Assembly: GCA_965222235.1 (NCBI GenBank)
Contig: OZ244939.1
Span: 493,942 to 557,941, forward strand
DNA: 64,000 bases
Direction: 5' to 3'
DNA from: Minisyncoccota bacterium
GTDB taxonomy: Bacteria > Patescibacteriota > Minisyncoccia > Phycocordibacterales > JABAAK01
Below are positions 1-9,194 of this stretch, piece after piece. The notes under the pieces are model-generated. The model searched no databases. It was not told where the DNA came from and saw only the letters and a program-made list of their open reading frames with translations. The translations under genes were made by a program, and so were the position numbers. Every line of letters starts with the position of its first letter. The first letter of the stretch is position 1.

Positions 1-359
1 ACAACACGTCATTTGAGCGTGCGGTTGCGGCCGAATGCGCGGCACAGCACGGAGGAGAAGAGGCATATTTCGCTTTTGCGGAATATCTGTACAAAAACCA
101 GCGCACCATCAAACCGCAGGAGTTGGCAAGCAGGATAACAGAGCTGGGCGTGGACGCGGAACGCTTTGACCTCTGTTTAAGTGACGGGGAGATGAACCGG
201 CGCGTGCGGCGGGATTATGATGAGGCGGTGCGGCTGGGAGCCACCGGCACGCCGTTTATTGTCATTATTCACGATGAGATACCGGTCGGTATTTCGTATG
301 CCCTGGAATACAAAGCCTTTTTGAGCAGGGTGTCCAAATTAACGGGCGTTGTGTGGTAG
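1..359 (+). CDS. DsbA-like thioredoxin-fold protein, C-terminal part (5' end outside window)
   Basis: The reading frame is open from nt 3 (NTSFERAVAAECAAQHGGEEAYFAFAEYLYKNQ...) and runs into the listed ORF 123..359. The C-terminal region resembles a DsbA-family domain and sits next to a second DsbA paralog. Confidence 0.45.
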   Translation, partial: NTSFERAVAAECAAQHGGEEAYFAFAEYLYKNQRTIKPQELASRITELGVDAERFDLCLSDGEMNRRVRRDYDEAVRLGATGTPFIVIIHDEIPVGISYALEYKAFLSRVSKLTGVVW

Positions 360-424
360 GAGTGTGGAAAACAGATTGCGCGTTCGCGGGCGACGTGTTA
401 CACTTATCCGTATAATTAAGGTAT

Positions 425-1150
425 ATGATGAAGGGCGACCAGGATACAAAAAATATTATTCTCACACTCGCGATATTAATTATTATCGTGCTGCTCGGTT
501 TTAACTCCGGCATATTGGGCAGCGCACCTTCTTCTTCCGGCGGCAATAGTAACAACAGAGACAGCGGATCGTCTGATGTTATAGGTGATAATAAGACAGG
601 TATTGAAATTCTCGGTGTGCGTAAAAATGATGCGATAATGGGTTCGGGTCCGTTCCTGCTCATTGAATATTCCGATTATGAGTGTCCGTTCTGTCAGCGC
701 TTCCACAAAGTTGTTCAGCAACTCGTGGACAGCGGAGAGGTGACCTGGGTGTACCGCCATCTCCCACTGCCATTCCATGAAACGGCTGAACGGGGATCCC
801 GCATCGGTGAATGTGTGCGAAGCATAAAGGGGAACAATGCGTTTTGGACCTACACAGACGGCGTGTTTGCGGTCGAAACTCCTTCACTGAGTCTCTACCG
901 CTCGCTCGGGCAGCAGGCAGGTCTTTCTTCGGCGCAGATTGACGGATGTCTCGGTCCCGACAGTGATGCGGCAGCACTGGTCGCCTCGCATGTGAATGAA
1001 GCGGGTCTGTTCGGTATCAACGGTACGCCGGGATCGTTCGTGGTGAACACAAAAACAGGTGAATACAAGCGGGTGCCGGGTGCGTTTCCTCTGGACGGTC
1101 CCGAGGGCGACCAGAACACGATGCGCTATATCCTGAATTCAATCCGATGA
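425..1150 (+). CDS. DsbA-family thiol:disulfide oxidoreductase with N-terminal membrane anchor
   Basis: N-terminal TM helix followed by the thioredoxin active-site motif YECPFCQRFH (CPFC). Its stop overlaps the next gene in ATGA, suggesting an operon. Confidence 0.75.
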   Translation: MMKGDQDTKNIILTLAILIIIVLLGFNSGILGSAPSSSGGNSNNRDSGSSDVIGDNKTGIEILGVRKNDAIMGSGPFLLIEYSDYECPFCQRFHKVVQQLVDSGEVTWVYRHLPLPFHETAERGSRIGECVRSIKGNNAFWTYTDGVFAVETPSLSLYRSLGQQAGLSSAQIDGCLGPDSDAAALVASHVNEAGLFGINGTPGSFVVNTKTGEYKRVPGAFPLDGPEGDQNTMRYILNSIR

Positions 1151-1884
1151 TTGAAACTATTTCGCTGATTGCTCTCGCATCAATATTGCTTGCGGGTGTA
1201 ATCACGGCGCTATTGCCGTGTACCTATCCGATGCTCATCGGCTATATTGCGCTGATTATAGGAGAGAAAGAGAGCGGTACGGGGCATTTGCTTCGTGTCA
1301 TGTGGTCATTCCTTGCCGGATTTACGCTCGTGTATATACTCTTCGGCAGTGTCGCCGGCCTGTTCGGACAGTTCAGCAGGGAAGCACTCATATTCAACAG
1401 CGGCAAACCGATTCTGCTGACGCTCGGCGCACTCTTTTTCATAACTGTCGGTCTGGTAATGCTGGATGTCATCCCGCTGCCCCGGAAGATGCGGGGCATA
1501 CAGTTCATCCCGCTGCCGAAAAAGATCTCAAGCCGCTCATGGTGGCGCGCGTTCTTTATCGGCACCATCTTCGCCGCGGGGTGGTCACCCTGTATCGGGC
1601 CGGTACTTGCCGCCATTCTGGTGCTTGCCGGGACGCCGGGGTCGGTGCTCATCGGCGCATCTCTTATGCTGCTGTTCGCGCTCGGTATGGCCGTCCCGTT
1701 TATCATCCTCACCCTGCTCTACGCCCGCGCATCCGCGTACATTCAGATTATCGGAACATACACCTCTGTAATGCGGGTCGCCGCCGGCCTTCTTTTCATC
1801 CTTCTCGGCGTATCGTTCATGATCAACGATTTCTCGTTTCTGAGTACGGTGCAGCCGTTCGGATTTCTCGGGCGGTATATTTGA
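1147..1884 (+). CDS. ccdA: CcdA/DsbD-family transmembrane disulfide electron transporter
   Basis: Polytopic membrane protein with the two conserved TM cysteines (LLPCTYPML and GWSPCIGPVLAAIL) typical of CcdA/DsbD. Translationally coupled to the upstream DsbA. Confidence 0.7.
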   Translation: MIETISLIALASILLAGVITALLPCTYPMLIGYIALIIGEKESGTGHLLRVMWSFLAGFTLVYILFGSVAGLFGQFSREALIFNSGKPILLTLGALFFITVGLVMLDVIPLPRKMRGIQFIPLPKKISSRSWWRAFFIGTIFAAGWSPCIGPVLAAILVLAGTPGSVLIGASLMLLFALGMAVPFIILTLLYARASAYIQIIGTYTSVMRVAAGLLFILLGVSFMINDFSFLSTVQPFGFLGRYI

Positions 1885-1915
1885 CCTGACCGCTGTTACC
1901 GAGTAATATATATTC

Positions 1916-2089
1916 ATGTTCCGATATCTCGCAGGAGTTAAGCAGGAGTTCGCGTATATACGATGGCTTTCAATTCGCCGCGCTTTGGTACTGACTCTCG
2001 CGATCATCGCCGTCGGCTTTTTCGCCGGCTTCGTGCTCGGAGCGATTGACAGAGGGCTGTCTGAGATTTTAAGCGCCGTCGTCCTCTGA
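1916..2089 (+). CDS. secE: preprotein translocase subunit SecE (57 aa; absent from the ORF track because it is under 60 aa)
   Basis: Manual translation gives MFRYLAGVKQEFAYIRWLSIRRALVLTLAIIAVGFFAGFVLGAIDRGLSEILSAVVL*. It is a single-TM SecE-like protein lying immediately upstream of nusG-rplK, the conserved secE-nusG-rplK synteny. Confidence 0.6.
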   Translation: MFRYLAGVKQEFAYIRWLSIRRALVLTLAIIAVGFFAGFVLGAIDRGLSEILSAVVL

Positions 2090-2100
2090 ATCATGAATAT

Positions 2101-2643
2101 ATGACCGAAGAACAACACAAAGAACCGGCGTGGTATGTGGTGAAAGTGCACAGCGGCTTTGAGCAGCCGGTGAAATCCAGCATTGAGCAGACTATTGAGG
2201 CGCTTGACCTGCAGGACCGGATATTTGACATCATCATTCCCATAGAAAAACGGGTGCGCATCAAGGGGGGTAAGCGAATTGAAAAAGATGAGCGCATCTA
2301 TCCCGGCTATATTCTCGTGCACATGGTCATTGATGACCAAACCTGGTATGCGATTAATAATATTGAATACGTGTCCGGCTTTCTCGGCTCCCGTTCGCAT
2401 GCCGAATCGCTGTCGCAGGAGGAAGTGGATACCATCAAAGAACGGATGCGGGGGGATGTGGTGCAGCATCAGACGGAATACAGTGTAGGCGATGTGGTGA
2501 AAATTATTGAGGGGCCGTTTGCGGATTTGGACGGAAAGATCAGCGAAATTGATCCGAACAGGGGGCAGGCGACCGTGCTGATTCCCATGTTCGGCAGGGA
2601 AACGCCCATCAAACTGGATATTTTCCAGATTAGAAGTATATAA
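2101..2643 (+). CDS. nusG: transcription termination/antitermination factor NusG
   Basis: NGN domain (WYVVKVHSGFEQ) followed by a KOW motif (VGDVVKIIEGPFADLDGKISEID); conserved gene order. Confidence 0.9.
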   Translation: MTEEQHKEPAWYVVKVHSGFEQPVKSSIEQTIEALDLQDRIFDIIIPIEKRVRIKGGKRIEKDERIYPGYILVHMVIDDQTWYAINNIEYVSGFLGSRSHAESLSQEEVDTIKERMRGDVVQHQTEYSVGDVVKIIEGPFADLDGKISEIDPNRGQATVLIPMFGRETPIKLDIFQIRSI

Positions 2644-2653
2644 TACAGGAGAT

Positions 2654-3079
2654 ATGGCTAAGAACATACAGCAAATAATTAAACTTCAGATTGAGGCGGG
2701 CAAGGCGACACCGGCACCTCCGGTCGGCACCGCACTCGGCCCGGTCGGCATTAACATCGGCGATTTCTGTACGCAGTTCAACTCAGCATCAAAGGACAGA
2801 CAGGGGGAGATTGTGCCGGTGCTGCTCAATGTCTATGATGACCGGTCGTTTGACTTTATTCTCAAAACACCGCCCGCCTCATTCCTTCTGCGGAGGGCCG
2901 CGGATATTAAAAAAGGATCCGGCAAAAATCTCGTCAAAAAGGCCGGCACGGTGACGGAAGCGGATGTGCGCGCAATCGCCGAGAAAAAAATGGAAGATTT
3001 AAATGCGAGAGATGTTGACGCTGCCATGCAGGTTATCAAAGGCACCGCGCGGTCAATGGGCATAGAAGTGCGTGCGTAG
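2654..3079 (+). CDS. rplK: 50S ribosomal protein L11
   Basis: MAKNIQQIIKLQIEAGKATPAPPVGTALGPVGINIGDFC is the canonical L11 N-terminus. Confidence 0.95.
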   Translation: MAKNIQQIIKLQIEAGKATPAPPVGTALGPVGINIGDFCTQFNSASKDRQGEIVPVLLNVYDDRSFDFILKTPPASFLLRRAADIKKGSGKNLVKKAGTVTEADVRAIAEKKMEDLNARDVDAAMQVIKGTARSMGIEVRA

Positions 3080-3102
3080 TCGGAGAAATATCGCCGTGTG
3101 GT

Positions 3103-6100
3103 ATGATGTGCGGTATGACCGGCAGGAATGATGAACGGGAACGTGTATCCGACAGAGAAAAAAGCGTTCTTGCATTTTGGCGGGAAAACAATATTTTTGA
3201 AAAGAGCGAAAACGGCATTCGGTTGAGCGGACTGGACGCATATATATACCGTTTTTTAAAAAAAAGAAGCTTCGTCTTCTATGACGGACCGCCGTTTGCA
3301 ACCGGTCTGCCGCACTACGGTCACCTGTTAGTGAGCGCGGTAAAGGACGCCGTTTCGCGGTACAAAACCATGCGGGGGCACACCGTCCGCCGCCGGTGGG
3401 GGTGGGACTGCCACGGTCTGCCGCTTGAGGTTGAAATGGAAAAAAAGATCGGCAGCACCTCCCGGAAGGATATTGAAGCATACGGCATTGAAAAGTTTAA
3501 CAGCGGCATACGTGACACCGTTTTCACCTATGCCGATGAGTGGAAAAAAATCATTCCCCGCATCGGCCGGTGGGTTGATATGGAGAATGACTACCGTACA
3601 GTCAGCACCTCATATATGGAGTCGGTGTGGTCGGTATTTCACCGCCTGCACAAAAACGGATTCGTAAGCAGGGGGTTCAAGTCGCTGCATCTCTGTCCGC
3701 GATGCTCCACTACTGTGTCAAATGCCGAGGTCGCCGACAGCTATGACACACTCACCGACAGCGCGGTGTATGTGCTGTTCCCGCTCAGAGAGGATCCGAC
3801 GGTGCGCCTGGTCGCGTGGACGACGACGCCGTGGACCCTGTTCGGCAATATTGCGCTCGGTGTTGATGAGAATATGAAATATACGGTCATCAGCCGGAAC
3901 GGCGGACAGTATGTGGTGCATGAGCATGCACTGCATCTATTTAAAGACGGTGAGGTTGTCGGCACGAAACAGGGATCCGAGCTCATCGGCAAGGAATACA
4001 TACCGCCGTTTGACTACCTCTATGCGGATCAGCGGGGATTGAGCCCGGAGGTGCGGGAAAAACTAAAGAACGCATGGCGCGTCTACGGTGTGCCGTATGT
4101 GGATAGCGGGGTCGGCACCGGCATCGTGCATCTTGCACCGGCATACGGCTCAGATGACATGGAGACTGCCCGCCGGTACAATCTGCCGATTCACCACCAT
4201 GTGACGAAAGACGGAATGTTCGTTCCCGAGCTCGGTCCGTTCGCCGGGCTGCGGCCGAAACAGAAAGGAAATCCGGGGGAGACGGATGAAAAGATTCTCG
4301 CCGCGCTCCGTGAAAAAGGGGTTCTGCTGCACAGCGAGAATATTGAACACAGCTACCCGGTCTGCTGGCGCTGCGACACGCCGCTTCTGAACTACGCGGC
4401 TGATTCCTGGTTCGTGCATACCGACGCATATCGGGACAGGATGGTCGCTGAGAACAGGAAAGTTGCCTGGGTGCCGGCGCATGTTCGGGACGGTCGTTTC
4501 GGCAACTGGCTTCGGAACGCGCAGCCGTGGGCGGTGTCGCGGAGCCGTTTTTGGGGCGCGCCGCTGCCGATATGGCAGGTTGAAAAGACCGGCGAATACC
4601 TGATTATTGAATCTCTGGAAGAGATGTTCAGAAGGATGCGCGCGAACAACACCTTCACCTTTATCCGCCACGGACATGCCTTCAGTAATGAGCCGCGAAT
4701 ACTGAGCTGTTTTCCGGACGACGGGGTCGGTCTGACGGAGAAGGGAAAACAACAGGCGCAGGAGGTTGCGGAGAAGGTGCGGGACATGAAACCGACGGTC
4801 ATCTTCTGTTCGCCGCTGCAGCGAACTCGTGAAACGGCGGAGTACATAGCGCGTGCAACCGGAGCGGAAATACACGAAGATCCGCTTCTGACTGAAATTC
4901 AGATTCCCGAAATGCACGGCAGGCCGTACAACGAGATGCGTGAACTTGTGAAAACGAGCGGCGCCGACCGTGATATACGCCGAAACATCGGCACCGGAGA
5001 GTCATACCTTGATGTCTTTAAGCGGACACTGGAGTTTCTTGAGAAAGTTGACCGACAGTATACCGACGCCCATATCATCGTTGTAACGCACAAAATAGTG
5101 ATGACGAACGCGCGCATGGTTGAATCCATCACCGCGGCGAAAAATGATCATATGCGGAGGTACACCCTGCCCGGGAACGGCAACACCGCGATGTTCACCC
5201 TGCACTACAAGCAGGTGAAGCGGACGGACGACGGGGAAATTGATCTGCATCGGCCGTATATTGATTCAGTGGTGCTCTATGATGACGACGGCAATCCGGC
5301 GCGCCATATCGGCGAGGTGTTTGACTGCTGGTTTGAATCGGGCGCGATGCCGTACGGATCAAACCAGTATCCGTTTCTCAAAACGCCGTTTTTCAATCCG
5401 CTGAAGAATATCGGCTTCCCCGCGGATTTTGTGTGCGAAGCGATGGATCAGACCAGGGGCTGGTTCTACAGTCTCATGGCCATCGGTGTCGGCGCGTTCG
5501 GCAAGATGCCGTACCGCCGGGTGATTGCAACCGGGCTCATCCACGCTGAAGACGGAAAAAAGATGAGCAAAAGTCTGAAAAACTATTCCGATCCCATGGA
5601 CATCGTTGAGCGGTACGGGGCCGATTCACTCCGCCACTATCTGCTTGCCTCGCCGGTCACGCGCGGGGAAACGCTGAATTTCAAGGACAGTCAGGTTGAT
5701 GAGATCTATAAGAAAGTATACACCCGCCTGCATAACTGCTATAACTTTTATACCACCTATGGGCACCTGCCGCATGAGAAGGGGAGCACCCATCCGCTTG
5801 ATATATATATCCTTTCCCGTCTCGGTGAAATGCACCGCGCTATGACCCGGGGATTTGAGCGATACCGTCTTGACGAAGCCGCGACACCGATCGGCGGATT
5901 TGTGGAGGATCTGTCCGTATGGTATCTCCGCCGTTCACGGAACAGGATGCGGCATGATACGAAGGATGGTGCTCATGCGCGCGAAACGATGCGGACGGTA
6001 CTGACCGAGTGCGCGAAATGCATCGCCCCGGTTGCCCCTTTCCATGCCGAGCATCTGTTCCTGAGGATGCGGAAGCACAGTCCGAACATACTGCCAGAAA

Positions 6101-6648
6101 GTGTGCATCTGTGTTCCTGGCCGAAAAAGATGCCTATTAATACAAAGGCTGTAGCGATGATGGATACAGTCAGGGATGTCGTATCGGCGGCGCATGAACA
6201 GCGCGCGCAGGCAGGAATCAAGGTGCGACAGCCGCTGGCGCGCGTAACGATACAAACTGATATACCCGAACATCTGAGGGAGATTATCGCGGAGGAGATA
6301 CATGTGAAGCAGGTTGCCGTTGCGAAGGATGCCGGAAAAAAAGTTGTGCTGGATACCGAACTGACACCCGAACTGATTGCCGAAGGGTTCGTTCGTGAGT
6401 ATGTCAGATCCGTGCAGAACCTCAGAAAAGAGCAGCAGCTCTCAATGACCGAGACAGTTGCGGCGGTCCGCACCCATCTTCCTGACGAGCAGCGGGCATA
6501 CCTTCAGCGGCATGAGGACAGTGTGAAGGCGGAAATCCGCGCGGAGCGCATCATCTATGACGATCGTCCGATTGACGACGGACAGACGGTCACGATCGGA
6601 GATGTTCCGGTTTCACTCCTGCTGAAGAGGAGGCAGGAACAGTCCTGA
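3103..6648 (+). CDS. ileS: isoleucyl-tRNA synthetase carrying an inserted histidine-phosphatase (PGAM-like) domain
   Basis: HIGH motif (PHYGHLL), KMSKS motif and the class I IleS core (WFESGAMPY, DLHRPYID) are present. Residues ~520-680 (FIRHGHAFSNE ... IIVVTHKIVM) have the RHG and C-terminal His signature of the histidine phosphatase fold. Confidence 0.85.
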   Translation: MMCGMTGRNDERERVSDREKSVLAFWRENNIFEKSENGIRLSGLDAYIYRFLKKRSFVFYDGPPFATGLPHYGHLLVSAVKDAVSRYKTMRGHTVRRRWGWDCHGLPLEVEMEKKIGSTSRKDIEAYGIEKFNSGIRDTVFTYADEWKKIIPRIGRWVDMENDYRTVSTSYMESVWSVFHRLHKNGFVSRGFKSLHLCPRCSTTVSNAEVADSYDTLTDSAVYVLFPLREDPTVRLVAWTTTPWTLFGNIALGVDENMKYTVISRNGGQYVVHEHALHLFKDGEVVGTKQGSELIGKEYIPPFDYLYADQRGLSPEVREKLKNAWRVYGVPYVDSGVGTGIVHLAPAYGSDDMETARRYNLPIHHHVTKDGMFVPELGPFAGLRPKQKGNPGETDEKILAALREKGVLLHSENIEHSYPVCWRCDTPLLNYAADSWFVHTDAYRDRMVAENRKVAWVPAHVRDGRFGNWLRNAQPWAVSRSRFWGAPLPIWQVEKTGEYLIIESLEEMFRRMRANNTFTFIRHGHAFSNEPRILSCFPDDGVGLTEKGKQQAQEVAEKVRDMKPTVIFCSPLQRTRETAEYIARATGAEIHEDPLLTEIQIPEMHGRPYNEMRELVKTSGADRDIRRNIGTGESYLDVFKRTLEFLEKVDRQYTDAHIIVVTHKIVMTNARMVESITAAKNDHMRRYTLPGNGNTAMFTLHYKQVKRTDDGEIDLHRPYIDSVVLYDDDGNPARHIGEVFDCWFESGAMPYGSNQYPFLKTPFFNPLKNIGFPADFVCEAMDQTRGWFYSLMAIGVGAFGKMPYRRVIATGLIHAEDGKKMSKSLKNYSDPMDIVERYGADSLRHYLLASPVTRGETLNFKDSQVDEIYKKVYTRLHNCYNFYTTYGHLPHEKGSTHPLDIYILSRLGEMHRAMTRGFERYRLDEAATPIGGFVEDLSVWYLRRSRNRMRHDTKDGAHARETMRTVLTECAKCIAPVAPFHAEHLFLRMRKHSPNILPESVHLCSWPKKMPINTKAVAMMDTVRDVVSAAHEQRAQAGIKVRQPLARVTIQTDIPEHLREIIAEEIHVKQVAVAKDAGKKVVLDTELTPELIAEGFVREYVRSVQNLRKEQQLSMTETVAAVRTHLPDEQRAYLQRHEDSVKAEIRAERIIYDDRPIDDGQTVTIGDVPVSLLLKRRQEQS

Positions 6649-6651
6649 GCG

Positions 6652-7227
6652 CTACTGATGCAGCAGCGCGGTGTGCAGATGCCGTTCAAATTCACGGCGT
6701 GCGTCAGCGGATGACAGAACCTGATCAAGGATATCGGTGAACATGGTATGGCGTATAACAATATCGGGAACGTAGCCGAGTGCAGAGAGAGACATAACCT
6801 GTGCAACGAGCAGCACGGCACCGGCATGTTCGGCGGGTGACCGCTGCAGCTGCTGAACCGCGGTTTCAACGGTGTCAAACAACGCCACATCTCTGTCGCC
6901 GACGGGCGGCACGAGCGCATTAATATGAAGCAACAGGCGCACCAGTGCGGTATATTTCGTCTCATCTGACCATACATCGGCGAGTGTGTCGGTAACAGTG
7001 ATATCTTTCAGAACATTTCTTTTCCCCTGAACGGCGGAAAGGTACACCCGAGCGTACGGCTTCATTGCGGAGCGCATCTTGGCTCCCTCCCGCCGGATGC
7101 TCCGGGCATATATGCTGACAACGCCGCTTTCCCGGGTCAGTGCGTTGATAATCCGGTCCGCTTCGCCGACCCCTCTGGTGTGCAGGATAAAGGCGTCGGT
7201 CATAAGAATGGAGTATGCGCCGGTCAT
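6652..7227 (-). CDS. recO: DNA repair protein RecO-like (short form)
   Basis: The N-terminal OB-fold region (AFILHTRGVGEADRIINALTRESGVVSIYARSIRR) resembles the RecO N-terminus. Lies convergent with ileS. Confidence 0.45.
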   Translation of the reverse strand: MTGAYSILMTDAFILHTRGVGEADRIINALTRESGVVSIYARSIRREGAKMRSAMKPYARVYLSAVQGKRNVLKDITVTDTLADVWSDETKYTALVRLLLHINALVPPVGDRDVALFDTVETAVQQLQRSPAEHAGAVLLVAQVMSLSALGYVPDIVIRHTMFTDILDQVLSSADARREFERHLHTALLHQ

Positions 7228-7316
7228 ATCGGTATTCTACCGTCCGCGCTCGGAAAAAACGAACGAACCGGTCGGAAGCGAAATATAGGTATAGTATGTA
7301 ACCATAGTGAGCATAT

Positions 7317-9188
7317 ATGCGATTGAAAGATGTTTCAAAAATACTGCACCACGATATCGGAAAAAAGCCTGCCGACAGAAAAGCTGTGCTGCGGCAGGAT
7401 ACGACGACGGCAAAGGATGACTGGGAGCAGGATCCCGCACCGCCGATACGGTCCAGGTATCTGATGTATCTCACACTTATCACCTTCGTCTTCTTTCTCG
7501 CCACCGCCGGCATAGCATATTTCGTCCAGATTTCCGGATCCGACCGGTCTGTATCAACAAGCAAAATATCAATCAGTACGCAGGGGGCGTCAGTGGTTGA
7601 CGGCGGGCGTGTCGTGCCGCTCTCCGTGCGGATTGCGAACAGGAACCCCGTTGCGATACAGAATGTCAAATTTGTCATCACCTATCCGCCCGGAACGTAC
7701 AAGAAGGGAGAACCTGTCACCCGCCTGCCGACCGAGGAATTTAAGTGGAGCGCCGTCAAATCGGGTGAGGTGGTCAGCATCCGCATCGCGCCGCTGCTCT
7801 ACGGCACGGTGGGAGAGAGAAAAGAGCTGCGGTATTACCTTGAATATCAGGCGGAAGGATCATCCCAGCCGACACAAATCAATGAAACCTACGCGGTACA
7901 GATACGGTCTGCGCCGCTGGTGATAAGTACACTGCGGCACACCACTCCGGTCGCCGGAAAAAATATGACGCTCACCGTCGGTGTGCGGCACAATACGGCG
8001 GAAAAAACTCCCGGAGCCGTTGTTGAGCTGGTGTATCCCCGCGGATTTACGCCGACATCATTTTCAACCGAACCGATCAACCGGGAAAAAACAGTATGGC
8101 GGGTGAAAACGCTTCGTCCCGATGAGGAGCAGATTATACGAATAACCGGCATTCTGCAGGGGAAAGAATCCGATGAGCAGTCCGCTGTTGCGCGGATATA
8201 TGCCGCGCCGTCAGACAGGAAAAGTACAGTCATAGCCGAGAAGAATGTTGTTTTTTCAGTAAGCAAATCATTTCTCAGCGTTGCGCTGAAGATGGAAGGG
8301 AATGCCGATAACCGCATCACCGTATCACCCGGCGATGAAATTGAGGTGAAACTTGACTGGAAGAATGAGGACACGGCGCAGCTGCAGAATTTGGTGATCA
8401 CCGCCGCGCTTTCAGGCACAGGGCTTAATGAGAGCAGTATCCGCCCGGGTAGCGGCGGCTATTTCAATGAAGTTGCGAGACAGATTGTATGGGACAGGCG
8501 GCAGATAGACGGTTTCACATCGGTTGCCGCCGGCGGAACAGGTGCGCTCCGTTTCAGATTCCGCGCGCTTTCAAATCAGGTGGAATTTGCGCAGGCGGAA
8601 AAGACGGTACAGATTAGTATTTCAGCGCAGGCGCGTCGGGTGGTGAACGGTCAGACGGAAAAAATTCAGAATATCGCCGTCGGTCGGATTGATCTGAGAA
8701 GTGTGCTGCGGACGGTGGGGAATACGCTGTACGCGACCAGCTCCATTAAAAACCGGGGACCGATACCGCCGCGTGTCGGCGAGAAGACCTCGTATGTTCT
8801 CAAATATTTCATTAAAAACGACGGCAACACCCTCTCAGATGTGGTTATGCGCATACCGCTTGAACGCGATGTGGAGCTGACCGGTCAGATAAACGGGATT
8901 ACCCGCGAAGAATGGGAATACGATGAGGATACGCACACATTCACGGTCCGCATACCGTCGCTTGCGCCGGTCGGTCCGCAGTCAAGCAGGCTGTTTGAGC
9001 TGCAGGTGGTCATCGAACCGACGGCAAGGGATGTCGGCAAAGAGATTGCATTGACGAAACAGTCGGACTACGAGGCGTACGATACATATGTGGATGAGAC
9101 ATTCACCGGAACACTTTCCGAGTTCACCAGCAGAATCACTGCCGAGCCGCTGGGGTACCGTTCGGCATTTGTAGTGGAGTCCGAATAA
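7317..9188 (+). CDS. hypothetical membrane-anchored large extracytoplasmic protein
   Basis: A single N-terminal TM helix (YLMYLTLITFVFFLATAGIAYFV) is followed by ~550 aa with no motif I recognise. The exact start is uncertain. Confidence 0.5.
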   Translation: MRLKDVSKILHHDIGKKPADRKAVLRQDTTTAKDDWEQDPAPPIRSRYLMYLTLITFVFFLATAGIAYFVQISGSDRSVSTSKISISTQGASVVDGGRVVPLSVRIANRNPVAIQNVKFVITYPPGTYKKGEPVTRLPTEEFKWSAVKSGEVVSIRIAPLLYGTVGERKELRYYLEYQAEGSSQPTQINETYAVQIRSAPLVISTLRHTTPVAGKNMTLTVGVRHNTAEKTPGAVVELVYPRGFTPTSFSTEPINREKTVWRVKTLRPDEEQIIRITGILQGKESDEQSAVARIYAAPSDRKSTVIAEKNVVFSVSKSFLSVALKMEGNADNRITVSPGDEIEVKLDWKNEDTAQLQNLVITAALSGTGLNESSIRPGSGGYFNEVARQIVWDRRQIDGFTSVAAGGTGALRFRFRALSNQVEFAQAEKTVQISISAQARRVVNGQTEKIQNIAVGRIDLRSVLRTVGNTLYATSSIKNRGPIPPRVGEKTSYVLKYFIKNDGNTLSDVVMRIPLERDVELTGQINGITREEWEYDEDTHTFTVRIPSLAPVGPQSSRLFELQVVIEPTARDVGKEIALTKQSDYEAYDTYVDETFTGTLSEFTSRITAEPLGYRSAFVVESE

Positions 9189-9194
9189 TCTATT

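Noticed and set aside
1218-2667. Overlapping alternative-frame ORFs (1218..1889 +, 1242..1712 -, 1585..2667 - 360 aa)
   Set aside because: They overlap the well-supported ccdA, secE and nusG genes. They have Arg/His/Pro-rich composition typical of wrong-frame translation in GC-rich DNA.
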